A DNA stretch of 64,000 bases from an uncultured Phycisphaerales bacterium (GTDB lineage Bacteria > Planctomycetota > Phycisphaerae > Tepidisphaerales > Tepidisphaeraceae): contig CAVYVE010000003.1 in the NCBI GenBank assembly GCA_963771925.1, positions 30,053-94,052 of the forward strand, read 5' to 3'. Both the position numbers and the translations under genes were made by a program. Below are positions 52,664 to 62,086 of this stretch, in pieces. The notes under the pieces were generated by a model. The model was not told the origin of the DNA. It made no database searches and worked only from the letters and a program-made list of their open reading frames with translations. How positions within the stretch are numbered: the first letter of the stretch is position 1; each line of letters begins with the position of its first letter.

Positions 52664-53641
52664 TCAGCCTTCTATCAGAGTTAATGCCCCAGGCGAGAAT
52701 ATGTTGGAGATGAACTCGATATCGAGATACTCCGACCCCGAGCCGCCGACGACGGCGTAACCGGACTTGGGTTTCAAAAACTGGTTGTCTTCGACGGTGA
52801 GGTCGCTGATCGTTGGGCCGTTGGACCAGTAAAGGAATCCCTCTTTATCACCCGTTGAAGTGTTATCCATGAAGGTATTGCCCGAATTCGCCGCCCCCCC
52901 GGCATAGGTAAACGCCGCGTATCCATACCCGGCGTTGTTCGCCGATTGGCAGTCGATCACCATGGAGTTCGTCACGCCGCCGTCCAGATCGAATCCGCCC
53001 CCGTCGTTGTCCCGGGTCTTGTTATTGTGGCTATAGCAATTGCTGATGGTGACATCATTGCTGTCATACGCCCAGATGCCGTCCGGCCCGTCGGCCGCAT
53101 TGTTATTGCCGCCGTTGCCGTAAGCCTGGCAGTCTTGCACCGTCGCCCCGTTCAATCCGGCCAGCATTATCCCGCTGCCCGAAGGCGAATTGCTCCCCGC
53201 GATCCCCAAGTTGTTGTACGCCGTGCTGTTCAGCAGCGAAAATCCCGTGATCGACTCCGTGGCCCCATACGTCGATATCCCGGCAATGCCATTATTGAAC
53301 GCGGTAACGTCCGACAGGCTGATGTTGGCATACGTCCCGTCCCCGGCGGTGCCGATCACGACGCCGTAGCCCGAAGCGAATCCCGACACGGTCACATCGC
53401 TCAGCGTCAAGCCGCTGACGCCCGGCTCATCGGATTCGAAGGAAATTCCATTGCCGCTCTTTCCAATCACCTGCACGTTGCTGATCGACACTGAACTAAC
53501 GTCATACCCCGTCAATCCCCCAACCTTATGGCCGTTGCCATGGAGGGTTTCTCCAGATTGCAGCGTCAAGACTTTGGTTGTGTCCACGGTAAGAGTGACG
53601 ACGGAAAATAGCGTCCGCGATTCCAGGGCTTCGATAAACAT
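52664..53641 (-). CDS. right-handed parallel beta-helix repeat protein (polysaccharide lyase/hydrolase-like fold)
   Basis: Intact 325-aa ORF with repeated motifs of the type I.N..V.G..GNGI / V.DC.A.GNGG / ISNCYSHNN. The N-terminus starts directly with MFIEALESRTLFS, and an in-frame TAA lies 17 codons upstream. Confidence 0.7.
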   Translation of the reverse strand: MFIEALESRTLFSVVTLTVDTTKVLTLQSGETLHGNGHKVGGLTGYDVSSVSISNVQVIGKSGNGISFESDEPGVSGLTLSDVTVSGFASGYGVVIGTAGDGTYANISLSDVTAFNNGIAGISTYGATESITGFSLLNSTAYNNLGIAGSNSPSGSGIMLAGLNGATVQDCQAYGNGGNNNAADGPDGIWAYDSNDVTISNCYSHNNKTRDNDGGGFDLDGGVTNSMVIDCQSANNAGYGYAAFTYAGGAANSGNTFMDNTSTGDKEGFLYWSNGPTISDLTVEDNQFLKPKSGYAVVGGSGSEYLDIEFISNIFSPGALTLIEG

Positions 53642-53896
53642 AAGTTTGCTATCGGAAAATCGAAGCGAATAAGTTTTAGAATCGTGGGTGAATTATTTGC
53701 GGCCGCCGCGTCATCTGGATTCTGGATGCCGACGCATCGACGCCTTTCAATCGGTGGAGATCGGTGCAACCGCATTTCCGGGCCGAAGTTGCGGTCACGG
53801 CCGGTGCGCACCGGCGGGAGCCTCCGATAGCGAGATTCGCATCCCGCCGCCCATTTTCTATGATCCTATTTTCCAGATCGCCATCGGAGCATCGGC

Positions 53897-54961
53897 ATGG
53901 TATGGATGTGGCTTGGTTTCACGCTTCTCGTCGTGGGCATGCTCGCGCTGGACCTGGGCGTCTTTCACCGCAAGCAACACGTCATCGGAACAAAAGAAGC
54001 CCTTGTATGGACCGCCGTATGGATCGGCGCGGCTGTTGCCTTCAGCGTCTTTGTTTTCTTCGCCTACGAAAACCACTGGGCTGGCCTGGGCAACCGCATT
54101 GACGGCGTCGTCGGAACCACCACCGGCGGAAAAGCCGCCGTCCTCAAATACCTCAGCGGTTATGTCCTGGAAAAATCCCTCAGCGTGGACAACATTTTTG
54201 TCATCTCCGTGATCTTCGGTTCCTTCGCCATCCCTTTGGAATACCAACACCGCGTCCTTTTCTGGGGCGTCCTCGGCGCGCTGCTGATGCGGGCCGTCAT
54301 GATCCTCGTCGCGGCCGAACTGATCGCGCGACACCATTGGGTGGTCTATATCTTCGGCCTGCTGCTTATCGCCACCGCGATCAAAATGCTGGCCATGAAG
54401 ACGAGCAATTCCCGTCTGGCGGACAACATCATCGTGCGGCTGGCCCGGCGCGTCCTGCCCGTAACGGATCGGTTTCACGGCGCACGCTTCATCGTGTCCG
54501 TCGATTCGCCGGCCACCGGCCGCGCTTTTGCCTATGCCCTTACGCCGCTGGCATTGGCCCTGATCGCAGTCGAAGCAACCGACTTGCTGTTTGCGGTGGA
54601 TTCCGTTCCCGCCATCTTTGCCGTCACGGCCGATCCTTTTCTCGTTTTCACCAGCAACGTCTTTGCCATGCTGGGGCTCCGCTCCCTCTATTTCGCCCTC
54701 GCTGGAATGATCGAGCAATTCCGCTATCTGAAAACGTCCCTTGCCGTGGTCCTGGCAGTAGTCGGAGTCAAGATGCTGGCCGCCGATTGGCTCAGGGCCA
54801 CAATCGGCTCCGGGTTTGAGATCTGGCTGCTGGCGATCATCCTGCTCATTCTGGCGATCGGAATCCTCGCATCGTGGATCGCCGACCGCCATCGGGCCGC
54901 GAGTGGGGACAAGCTCCAATCCACCCCTGGGCCCAACCCATCCGGAGACGCCGGATCATGA
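53897..54961 (+). CDS. TerC family integral membrane protein
   Basis: Intact 354-aa ORF with the TerC motifs EKSLSVDNIFVISVIF and FAVDSVPAIFAVTADPFLVFTSNVFAMLGLRSLYF. Confidence 0.85.
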   Translation: MVWMWLGFTLLVVGMLALDLGVFHRKQHVIGTKEALVWTAVWIGAAVAFSVFVFFAYENHWAGLGNRIDGVVGTTTGGKAAVLKYLSGYVLEKSLSVDNIFVISVIFGSFAIPLEYQHRVLFWGVLGALLMRAVMILVAAELIARHHWVVYIFGLLLIATAIKMLAMKTSNSRLADNIIVRLARRVLPVTDRFHGARFIVSVDSPATGRAFAYALTPLALALIAVEATDLLFAVDSVPAIFAVTADPFLVFTSNVFAMLGLRSLYFALAGMIEQFRYLKTSLAVVLAVVGVKMLAADWLRATIGSGFEIWLLAIILLILAIGILASWIADRHRAASGDKLQSTPGPNPSGDAGS

Positions 54962-55386
54962 GCGATTGGCTGACTACGCACGGGTGGTGGGTGGCGATCC
55001 TTTCCGCGTTGCTGGGCGTCGCCTCGGCGGCGGCGGGCTTCGCGATCTTGATAACGTTGCCGGAGGATCATTTTCTTCGCAACGAAGAAGAACCGCCTTC
55101 CGCCAAACCCCGCCGGGCCATCCACCCCGTTCTGCTCGTTCTGAAAAACGCTATGGGCGCGTGCGTCGTCGCGGCGGGCGTATTCATGTCCCTGCCGCTG
55201 GTTCCGGGGCCGGGACTGGTCACGGTGCTCATTGGCCTGTCCCTGATGAGTTTTCCGGGAAAACGGAAATTGGAATTACGACTCCTCCGCGCCCCGCTGG
55301 CCCTGGGCACGATCAATTGGCTGCGTTCCAAGAACGGCCGCCCCCCGCTTCGCCTGCCGCCATTCCCCAGTCGCGCCCCCTCATAG
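54958..55386 (+). CDS. small membrane protein, PGPGW-like
   Basis: The ATG overlaps the TerC stop (ATGA). The product has two TM hairpins, one containing SLPLVPGPGLVTVLIGL. Confidence 0.55.
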   Translation: MSDWLTTHGWWVAILSALLGVASAAAGFAILITLPEDHFLRNEEEPPSAKPRRAIHPVLLVLKNAMGACVVAAGVFMSLPLVPGPGLVTVLIGLSLMSFPGKRKLELRLLRAPLALGTINWLRSKNGRPPLRLPPFPSRAPS

Positions 55387-55430
55387 CCGAAACAAAAGCC
55401 GCGGGATAGCCATCCCGCGGAACAGACGGA

Positions 55431-55739
55431 TCACCTTCGCAGCTTCCGCCCCACACGCCGTTCCACCGAATCGACTTTTGATTCCAATGCCCCCTTGCGG
55501 CCTTTACGCCAATCCATTTTGACCGTGCAAGAAATGCGATTGCAGTCCTTGGCCAGGTCTTCGTAGCACTTTTGAATGACGGCCATCACCTCGGGCCATT
55601 CGCCTTCGATGCAGGTGCCGAGGGGGCCGACCTTGTACGGCAAGCCGCTACGGTCGACGATGTCCAGACAGCGAGCCACGTAGGCCCCGACGCTTTCACC
55701 TTTGTCCATCGGCCAGATGCTGAATTCGGCTAAAAGCAT
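55431..55739 (-). CDS. MTH1187/YkoF-family thiamine-binding-like protein (DUF77)
   Basis: 102-aa ORF. MLLAEFSIWPMDKGESVGAYVARCLDIVDRSGLPYKVGPLGTCIEGEWPEVMAVIQKCYE matches the family pattern AE.S..P.G.G.S...YVA...I..SGL.Y...MGT.IEG. Confidence 0.7.
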   Translation of the reverse strand: MLLAEFSIWPMDKGESVGAYVARCLDIVDRSGLPYKVGPLGTCIEGEWPEVMAVIQKCYEDLAKDCNRISCTVKMDWRKGRKGALESKVDSVERRVGRKLRR

Positions 55740-55877
55740 GTTTTCATCTCCGCAGGGCTATACAAAATACCGTCACGGACGGAATAAATCGCCTGAACCC
55801 CATCCGCTGTGGCAAAGACTCGCTGTCTGATTTGGTTTGAGGATTCCAACAGGTTCAAAGGGCGTTATGATTGGGGC

Positions 55878-56606
55878 ATGATCCGCTCGTTTTTTGCATT
55901 TCTAGTCGCACTGGCGCTGCCGGCGATCGCATTGGCCGATGGACCGACCACGCGGCCGGTGAAAGTAGCGGTGACACCCTTCGAGGTTCTCGGCAGCTCG
56001 GAGCAGCAGTGGATGGGCCAGGCTTTGCAGGAGGGGCTGGCGATGGGAATTCAGAAGGCTGGGGCGATTTCGGCGATCATCGTGCCGGGACTCTCGCCGG
56101 CCGATGCGACGGCCGCAATTGCCGCGGCCAAGCCCGTGGATGCCGATGCCGTGCTCTTCGGAGTGATTCAGGTTTTGGACGATCAGATTCGGATCGGCGG
56201 CCAGATCGTTTCGGTGAAAACCGGGCAGACCATCGGCGTTCTGCAATGCGACGGCACGGTGCGCGGATTGTTCGATACCGAAGACATCCTCAGCGCCCGT
56301 GCCGGGCGGATTCTGACGCCCGCGAATCGGACGGCGCCTGCGAGGACGGCTGGGCCGGTGACGTTTGAGATTGTCGGGCCGACGGTGGCGACGCGCGGCC
56401 CGCGCTATTTTGACGGCGACATATCGGCGGTGATCGCACGGCCCGAACGGTTCCGCGACGACTACGACCGCTACTATTATCATTCCGCGGACACGGCGGG
56501 ATGGGGATCGATATGTGGAGCGCCGTTTTCATGCGGCGGCCCGTTCGTATGCGGGGGCGGCAATCCGGCCCTGTTTCCCGTGGCCGCGCCGGTCAGCGGG
56601 TGGTGA
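55878..56606 (+). CDS. hypothetical secreted protein
   Basis: It starts at ATG 55878 with the signal peptide MIRSFFAFLVALALPAIALA. No family was recognised. Confidence 0.55.
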   Translation: MIRSFFAFLVALALPAIALADGPTTRPVKVAVTPFEVLGSSEQQWMGQALQEGLAMGIQKAGAISAIIVPGLSPADATAAIAAAKPVDADAVLFGVIQVLDDQIRIGGQIVSVKTGQTIGVLQCDGTVRGLFDTEDILSARAGRILTPANRTAPARTAGPVTFEIVGPTVATRGPRYFDGDISAVIARPERFRDDYDRYYYHSADTAGWGSICGAPFSCGGPFVCGGGNPALFPVAAPVSGW

Positions 56607-56616
56607 AAGCAAAATA

Positions 56617-56711
56617 CAACCACGAAGACACGAAGAGCACGAAGACAGACACGAAGAAATTAATTGTATTTCTTCGTGTCTGTCTTCGTGCTCTTCGTGT
56701 CTTCGTGGTTG
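56617..56711. repeat. perfect 44-bp hairpin (7-nt loop) built from CACGAAGA octamer repeats, copy 1
   Basis: 56617-56660 is the exact reverse complement of 56668-56711. It starts 11 nt after the stop at 56606 and ends 34 nt before pyrE. Confidence 0.9.
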
Positions 56712-56744
56712 CATTTCCTTCTCAACGCCCCGATTATTCCCGGC

Positions 56745-57269
56745 ATGACGCGACAGCAGCTTGCCGAGCGGATTGCGCAAGTTTCTCTCTTACGCGGCGA
56801 ATTCACTCTCCGAAGCGGACGAAAGAGCAATTATTATCTGGATAAATATCGGTTCGAGACTCAGCCGGATGTCCTGGCGGAACTGGGGAAATTATTCGCT
56901 CGGATGGTAACGGAGAAGGTAAACCGCATCGCCGGGGCGGAATTGGGGGCGGTGCCGCTGGCGGCGGCGACCGCGATGGCGTGCGGTAAACCGTTCGTCA
57001 TCGTGCGGAATCAAAAGAAGGACTACGGAACCAGCAAGCAGATCGAAGGTGTCCTGAACGCGGGTGAGACGGTTCTCATCGTCGAAGACGTGTTGACCAC
57101 CGGGGGGCAGGTGATCGAGGCGGCCAAGACTTTGAAGGATGCGGGCGCGAAAATCGATCGCATCGCGGCGGTCATCGACCGCCAGGAAGGGGCCAGAGAG
57201 AATATCGAATCGGCTGGTTACGCGTTCGAGGCCCTGTTCACCGCCGCGGATTTGGGGATCGGCAAATAG
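56745..57269 (+). CDS. pyrE: orotate phosphoribosyltransferase
   Basis: 174-aa ORF from MTRQQLAERI. Motifs present: GEFTLRSGRKSNYYLD and the PRPP loop VLIVEDVLTTGGQ. Confidence 0.9.
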   Translation: MTRQQLAERIAQVSLLRGEFTLRSGRKSNYYLDKYRFETQPDVLAELGKLFARMVTEKVNRIAGAELGAVPLAAATAMACGKPFVIVRNQKKDYGTSKQIEGVLNAGETVLIVEDVLTTGGQVIEAAKTLKDAGAKIDRIAAVIDRQEGARENIESAGYAFEALFTAADLGIGK

Positions 57270-57271
57270 TC

Positions 57272-58123
57272 ATGAGGACGATCATCGTGCTATGGGCGGC
57301 GGTTTTTTTCGCGGGCGCACTGGCGCTGGCGGCGGTCCAGACGGACGTGGAATACGCAAAGGCGGGAGATGTCAGTCTGAAGCTGGACGTGAATGTGCCC
57401 GACGGGGATGGGCCGTTTCCCGTGGCGATTCTGATTCACGGCGGCGGTTGGGTGACCGGGGACAAGGCGGGGCTGTTCCACATTCCAACCGATGCGCTGA
57501 CCAAGGCGCGGTTCGCTTGGTTCAGCATCAACTATCGACTGGCGCCGAAATATCGGTGGCCGGCCTGCTTTGACGATGTGCAAACGGCGATTCGATGGGT
57601 GAAGGCGCACGCGACGGAATATAAGGGCGATCCGCGGCGAATCGCATTGGTGGGATATTCGGCGGGCGGGCAGTTGGCGTGCCTGGCGGCGGTGTTGGCC
57701 AAGGACGATACGCGCGTGCAGGCGGTGGTGGGATTGGCGCCTCCGACCGACCTGGAATTGGATTTGCCCCAGCGCGGGGGGTTGAGCAAATCGTTGCAGG
57801 AACTGCTGGATCGGCCGCACGTGGTGACGGAGGAGGCGAGGCGGATTTTGCATTCGATGTCGGCGATCAATTTTGTGAAGCCGGGGTTGCCGCCGTTTTT
57901 GATTATGCAGGGGGATGCGGATCGGAGCGTGCCGTATCAGGGATCGCTCAATTTTGTCGCGAAACTCAAAGAGAACGGCGTGGATTGTGAGATGGTGACG
58001 TTAAAGGGTGCGCCGCACAATATCGGGAAATGGGAAGCGGTCGATCCGATGTTCCAGCAGAAAATGGTGGATTGGCTGTTGGGGGTTTTGGGGAAGAACA
58101 CGCCGCCCAGGGGCGGCGGCTAA
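57272..58123 (+). CDS. alpha/beta hydrolase (esterase/lipase, HGGG type)
   Basis: The product has a signal peptide, the oxyanion motif LIHGGGW, the nucleophile elbow GYSAGG, and GDADRSVP. Confidence 0.8.
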   Translation: MRTIIVLWAAVFFAGALALAAVQTDVEYAKAGDVSLKLDVNVPDGDGPFPVAILIHGGGWVTGDKAGLFHIPTDALTKARFAWFSINYRLAPKYRWPACFDDVQTAIRWVKAHATEYKGDPRRIALVGYSAGGQLACLAAVLAKDDTRVQAVVGLAPPTDLELDLPQRGGLSKSLQELLDRPHVVTEEARRILHSMSAINFVKPGLPPFLIMQGDADRSVPYQGSLNFVAKLKENGVDCEMVTLKGAPHNIGKWEAVDPMFQQKMVDWLLGVLGKNTPPRGGG

Positions 58124-58147
58124 AAGCGGGTCGGTGGCTTGGGGATG

Positions 58148-58909
58148 CTAACTCTCCACGCCGGTGCGCCCCGGCTTGTCCGTTTCCTCCGCGACTTCGC
58201 CCATCGCCTCATCCATTTCACCCGCGCCGTATATGCCCAGTTCTTCCAAAGCCAACAGCGCGGCTTTCTGTTCGGCCATCTTTTTGTTCGGGCCCCAGGC
58301 GCTGCTGAATCGGCGGCTCTCGATCACCACGCAAATCTCAAAACATTTGCTGTGGTCGGGACCCTTCTCATCCAGCAGTTCGTAAATCGGCGCAGCGCCC
58401 AACGCCTTCTGCGCGTACTGCTGCAAAACCGCCTTGAAATTCTGCTGATGGGTATTGGATGCGATCAATTCGATCTTGGGGGACATCGTGCGCAGAACGT
58501 ACTGCTTCACAACGTCGAATCCGCCATCGAGATAAATGGCGGCCACGATGGACTCATAGACCGCGGCGGCGAGTGAGCTGGGCATTTCCTCGCGGCTGCT
58601 GATGCCTTTGCCGATGATCAGCAGATCGATCAGGCCGGTCTCGTTGGAGACCTCCGCGCAGGTTCGCCGCGAGACAACGGCGGATTTGATCTTGGTGAGA
58701 TCGCCCTCCAGATATTCGGGAAATCGCTTGTAAAGGGCTTCGCAAACGATCAGATCGAGCACGGCGTCGCCGAGGAATTCCATGCGCTCGTTGCTCTTGA
58801 GCCGATGGTCGGCCACCGAGGCATGTGTGAGCGCCTCTTTCAGCAGGTCGGGGTTCTGGAACGTGTACGATATGATTTTCTCGGCACGTTCGCGGTCTTC
58901 AGTGTTCAC
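58148..58909 (-). CDS. rnc: ribonuclease III
   Basis: GTG start at 58909. The signature NERMEFLGDAVLDL is followed by a C-terminal dsRNA-binding domain (GPDHSKCFEICVVI...AEQKAALLALEEL). Confidence 0.9.
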   Translation of the reverse strand: MNTEDRERAEKIISYTFQNPDLLKEALTHASVADHRLKSNERMEFLGDAVLDLIVCEALYKRFPEYLEGDLTKIKSAVVSRRTCAEVSNETGLIDLLIIGKGISSREEMPSSLAAAVYESIVAAIYLDGGFDVVKQYVLRTMSPKIELIASNTHQQNFKAVLQQYAQKALGAAPIYELLDEKGPDHSKCFEICVVIESRRFSSAWGPNKKMAEQKAALLALEELGIYGAGEMDEAMGEVAEETDKPGRTGVES

Positions 58910-59048
58910 CTGGGCACCAAAAGGACGATAAATCAGCGCGACATGGGTGTCAATTCAAATGGGCGATCGCATCGCTTGCGATGGCGGCGCAGGACACCTA
59001 ATATTTGCCGTAAAGGGTTGTTTCTGATCGACTCTGCTAGGCGGATTT

Positions 59049-61049
59049 ATGCGAAAGCCTGCTGCGTTGGTTGTGATTGTCTTGCTGTTTGCGGGGTTGC
59101 GCCTGTCGCGTGCCGAATCGCCGGCGCCCAAATCGCTGTTCGATCCCGCCAAGTACATGCGTGTCGCCGATGTCCGGCCGGGGATGAAGGGATATGGGCT
59201 GAGCGTTTTCAAGGGAACAAAAATCGAGAAATTCGACGTCGAAGTCGTCGACGTGGTCAAGGATTTCAATCCGAAATACGATGCGATTTTGATTCGGTGT
59301 CCGCAGAAGTTTCTGAAAGAAACGGGGCCGATCGCGGGCATGAGCGGTTCGCCGATTTATCTGTACGATAAAACCGGCAACGCGAAGATGGCCGGCGCGT
59401 TCGCGTACGGCTGGCCGTTTTCCAAGGACTGCCTGGCCGGCGTGCAGCCGATCGAATACATGCTGGCATTGCCGGCCAACGCTTCATTTTCTTGGTCGGC
59501 GCTGAACCCCGCGGAGGGACCGCATCGCGGCACGCCCGACGGTCCATCGCCGCAGAGCGGCGGGAATCGGTCGGTGAATCCCGCTCCGCGCTGGAGCCTG
59601 GATGATGTTCCGCTGCGGCCATGGGGCCGGCCGGTCAAGACGTTTAGCACCGGCTATCGTGCGATGCTGGGTGATGGAGCGGTGGGGATGCGGCCGCTGG
59701 CGACGCCGCTGATGGCGGGCGGCGTGAGCGCGCAGGCGCTGGCGAAGATCGCCCCGCTCTTCGCGGGGACGGGACTGGTGCCCATGCAGGCCGGCAGCGG
59801 AATCGGCTCGGGCGATACCGACGCGGCAAAGCCCAAGCTGGAACCGGGATCGGTGCTGGCCGTGCCACTGCTGACCGGAGACATGGAACTGACGGCCGTC
59901 GGCACCTGCACGGAAAAAATCGGCAACCGGATTTTCGGATTCGGGCATCCGTTCAACGACGAGGGCCCCATCGATCTGCCGATGGGCAGCGGGTCGATCG
60001 CGGCCGTCGTGGCGAATCTGGAGACGAGCTTTAAGCTGGGATTCATTTCCGGGACCAGCGGAGCGCTGCTGACGGATCAGACGGTGGGAGTCGCGGGCCT
60101 GGTGGGGCGGTCGGCGCCGATGGCGCCGTTGACGCTGCGGATCGTGTACGACGACGGCTCGCTGGATCAGACGTATCATTTTTCGGCGGCGTTGCATCCC
60201 AAGCTGACGCCGCTGATCGCGGGGGCGGCCATGACGATGGCGATTTCGGGCGATAAGAATCTGCCGGAATTTCACACCGTCTATTACGATCTGACGGCGG
60301 CCTTTGCCGATGGGCGCGTCGTTCATGTTCGCAACAGCAGCGTGAACGGCGACGGCAGCGAGATCGTGGCGGACGTGGCGTTGCCGCTGATGGTGGCGGC
60401 GAACAATCCGTTTCGGAACGTGGCTTTGAAGAAGCTGTCGGGGACGATCCGGGTTTCGGATGATGCGCGGTCGGCGACGATTACTTCGGTGATGGTGCCG
60501 CGCACCAAATATCAGCCGGGTGAGACGGTCCAGGCGTACATTTCATACCTGCCGTTTCATGCGGCCGAGACCATTTTGCCCGTGGATTTCGAGCTGCCGC
60601 GCGATCTGCCGGACGGGGATTACCAATTCATCGTTTCGGATTGGACGCGGTATCTGGAGGACGAGCGCACCGCCAACCCGTTCAAGTTCACGGCCAGCAA
60701 TATCGACGAGCTGTTCACGGTGATTAAGGACGTGGTGGGGATTCGGCATGATTCGGTGTATATGCGGCTGGTGCGGCAAGCGGACGGGATTGCGGTGGGC
60801 CATACGGCGATGCCGCGACTGCCGGCAAGCCGGCGCCAGGTGCTGCTGGATTCGGGGCGCAGCGACATCATGCCGTTTGTCACCTCGACGGTGAAGATCG
60901 TGCCGGCGGGGTTCGTGATGAGCGGGTCGGCGGAGTTTGAGATCACCGTTGAAAAGCACGGGAAAGTGGAAGTGCCGACGACGCGCGGGACCAGGACGGA
61001 GAACGAAGGCACTGCGATGCCGTCGATGCCGTCGATGCCTAAGAAATAG
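59049..61049 (+). CDS. SpoIVB-type peptidase S55 domain protein
   Basis: Intact 666-aa ORF with a signal peptide. GTKIEKFDVEVVDVV...IAGMSGSPIYLYDKTGNAKMAGAFAYGW...VQPIEYML resembles the S55 catalytic region. Confidence 0.6.
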   Translation: MRKPAALVVIVLLFAGLRLSRAESPAPKSLFDPAKYMRVADVRPGMKGYGLSVFKGTKIEKFDVEVVDVVKDFNPKYDAILIRCPQKFLKETGPIAGMSGSPIYLYDKTGNAKMAGAFAYGWPFSKDCLAGVQPIEYMLALPANASFSWSALNPAEGPHRGTPDGPSPQSGGNRSVNPAPRWSLDDVPLRPWGRPVKTFSTGYRAMLGDGAVGMRPLATPLMAGGVSAQALAKIAPLFAGTGLVPMQAGSGIGSGDTDAAKPKLEPGSVLAVPLLTGDMELTAVGTCTEKIGNRIFGFGHPFNDEGPIDLPMGSGSIAAVVANLETSFKLGFISGTSGALLTDQTVGVAGLVGRSAPMAPLTLRIVYDDGSLDQTYHFSAALHPKLTPLIAGAAMTMAISGDKNLPEFHTVYYDLTAAFADGRVVHVRNSSVNGDGSEIVADVALPLMVAANNPFRNVALKKLSGTIRVSDDARSATITSVMVPRTKYQPGETVQAYISYLPFHAAETILPVDFELPRDLPDGDYQFIVSDWTRYLEDERTANPFKFTASNIDELFTVIKDVVGIRHDSVYMRLVRQADGIAVGHTAMPRLPASRRQVLLDSGRSDIMPFVTSTVKIVPAGFVMSGSAEFEITVEKHGKVEVPTTRGTRTENEGTAMPSMPSMPKK

Positions 61050-61060
61050 GTGAATTCAAT

Positions 61061-62086
61061 ATGACAAGAGCTTGGATGTCGAGGCCCAGGGTTTGGATAC
61101 GCCTTGCCGACTTAAGTCGGCACGCCGCGGTGATGTTGATGGCATTCGCCATGGCGGCACCGGTGCCGGCGCCGGCGCTGGCGGTGACGACTTCGCACTG
61201 GGTGCAGGCGAACGAGAACGATTTCAAGGGCGGCACGCTGCACAACGTGGTGGTCACCAACCTCGGGGACGTTAAGCTCTCGCGCGCGGTGAAAACCATC
61301 CACGAGCAGGACCCGGATGTCACCACCGTCAACGCCCTGGCGCAGGCGCCCGATGGAACGATTTACGCGGGGACCGGGCCCAAGGGAATTCTACTGGCGA
61401 TCAAAGACGATAAAGTCAGCAAAGTGGCAACGATCGACAACACGGTGAACATTCTGTCGATCCTGGTGGATTCAAAGGGTGCGATATTGCTGGGCACGGG
61501 CGGGGAAAAGGGGCAGGTGCTCAGGATGCAGAAGATCGGGGCCAAGCCCGTGCCAATCTTCTCCAACGATGACGTGCAATATGTCTGGGCGTTGCAGCAG
61601 ACGCCGGATGGCAACATTTACGCGGCAACGGGTCCGAACGGGGAGGTCTTTGAGATCAAGCCGGACGGATCCAGCTCGCAGTTGTACAAAAGCTCCGAGG
61701 ACAACATCACCAGCATGATCAGCGACGGCAAAGACATGCTGTATCTGGGGACCGATCCAAATGGGCTGGTGATTCAGTTGAACCGCAAGACCAGGGAGCC
61801 GTTTATCATTTACAACGCGCCGGAATCGGAGATCACGGCCCTGGCGATGGATCATTTGGGAAATCTGTACGCGGCAACGGGGGAAGTGAGCGATCGGCAA
61901 CAGCCGCCGCAGGCCCAGCAGGAGCCCAGGAACGCAGGTCGGCCGGAATCGCCCAGCGCCCCCCCGCCGATTCCGGCCAATCCGACGCCGGAACCTCCCA
62001 AGCCGCCAAATCCGAATCCCGGCGAGCCGCAGCCGATTCCGCAGAAGCCGACGGGCAGAATCTTACCCGCCGGGCGCCGAAGATGA
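61061..62086 (+). CDS. beta-propeller repeat protein, N-terminal part (possibly one gene with 62083-63588)
   Basis: It has repeats of the type DGTIYAGTGPKGILL / DGNIYAATGPNGEVF / LGNLYAATGE and a Pro-rich tail. Its stop overlaps the next ATG (ATGA). Confidence 0.6.
   Translation: MTRAWMSRPRVWIRLADLSRHAAVMLMAFAMAAPVPAPALAVTTSHWVQANENDFKGGTLHNVVVTNLGDVKLSRAVKTIHEQDPDVTTVNALAQAPDGTIYAGTGPKGILLAIKDDKVSKVATIDNTVNILSILVDSKGAILLGTGGEKGQVLRMQKIGAKPVPIFSNDDVQYVWALQQTPDGNIYAATGPNGEVFEIKPDGSSSQLYKSSEDNITSMISDGKDMLYLGTDPNGLVIQLNRKTREPFIIYNAPESEITALAMDHLGNLYAATGEVSDRQQPPQAQQEPRNAGRPESPSAPPPIPANPTPEPPKPPNPNPGEPQPIPQKPTGRILPAGRRR

Noticed and set aside
53642-53896. A yybP-ykoY manganese riboswitch expected upstream of a TerC-family gene.
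   Set aside because: The conserved GGGGAGUAG, UUGACAUA and AGACC elements were not found by eye on the plus strand. This needs an Infernal scan to be certain.
56617-56711. A possible CRISPR array, suggested by the repeated CACGAAGA units and the second copy at 63784-63887.
   Set aside because: The units are 8-nt tandem repeats inside inverted arms with no unique spacers. The two loci are 7 kb apart and no cas genes are present.
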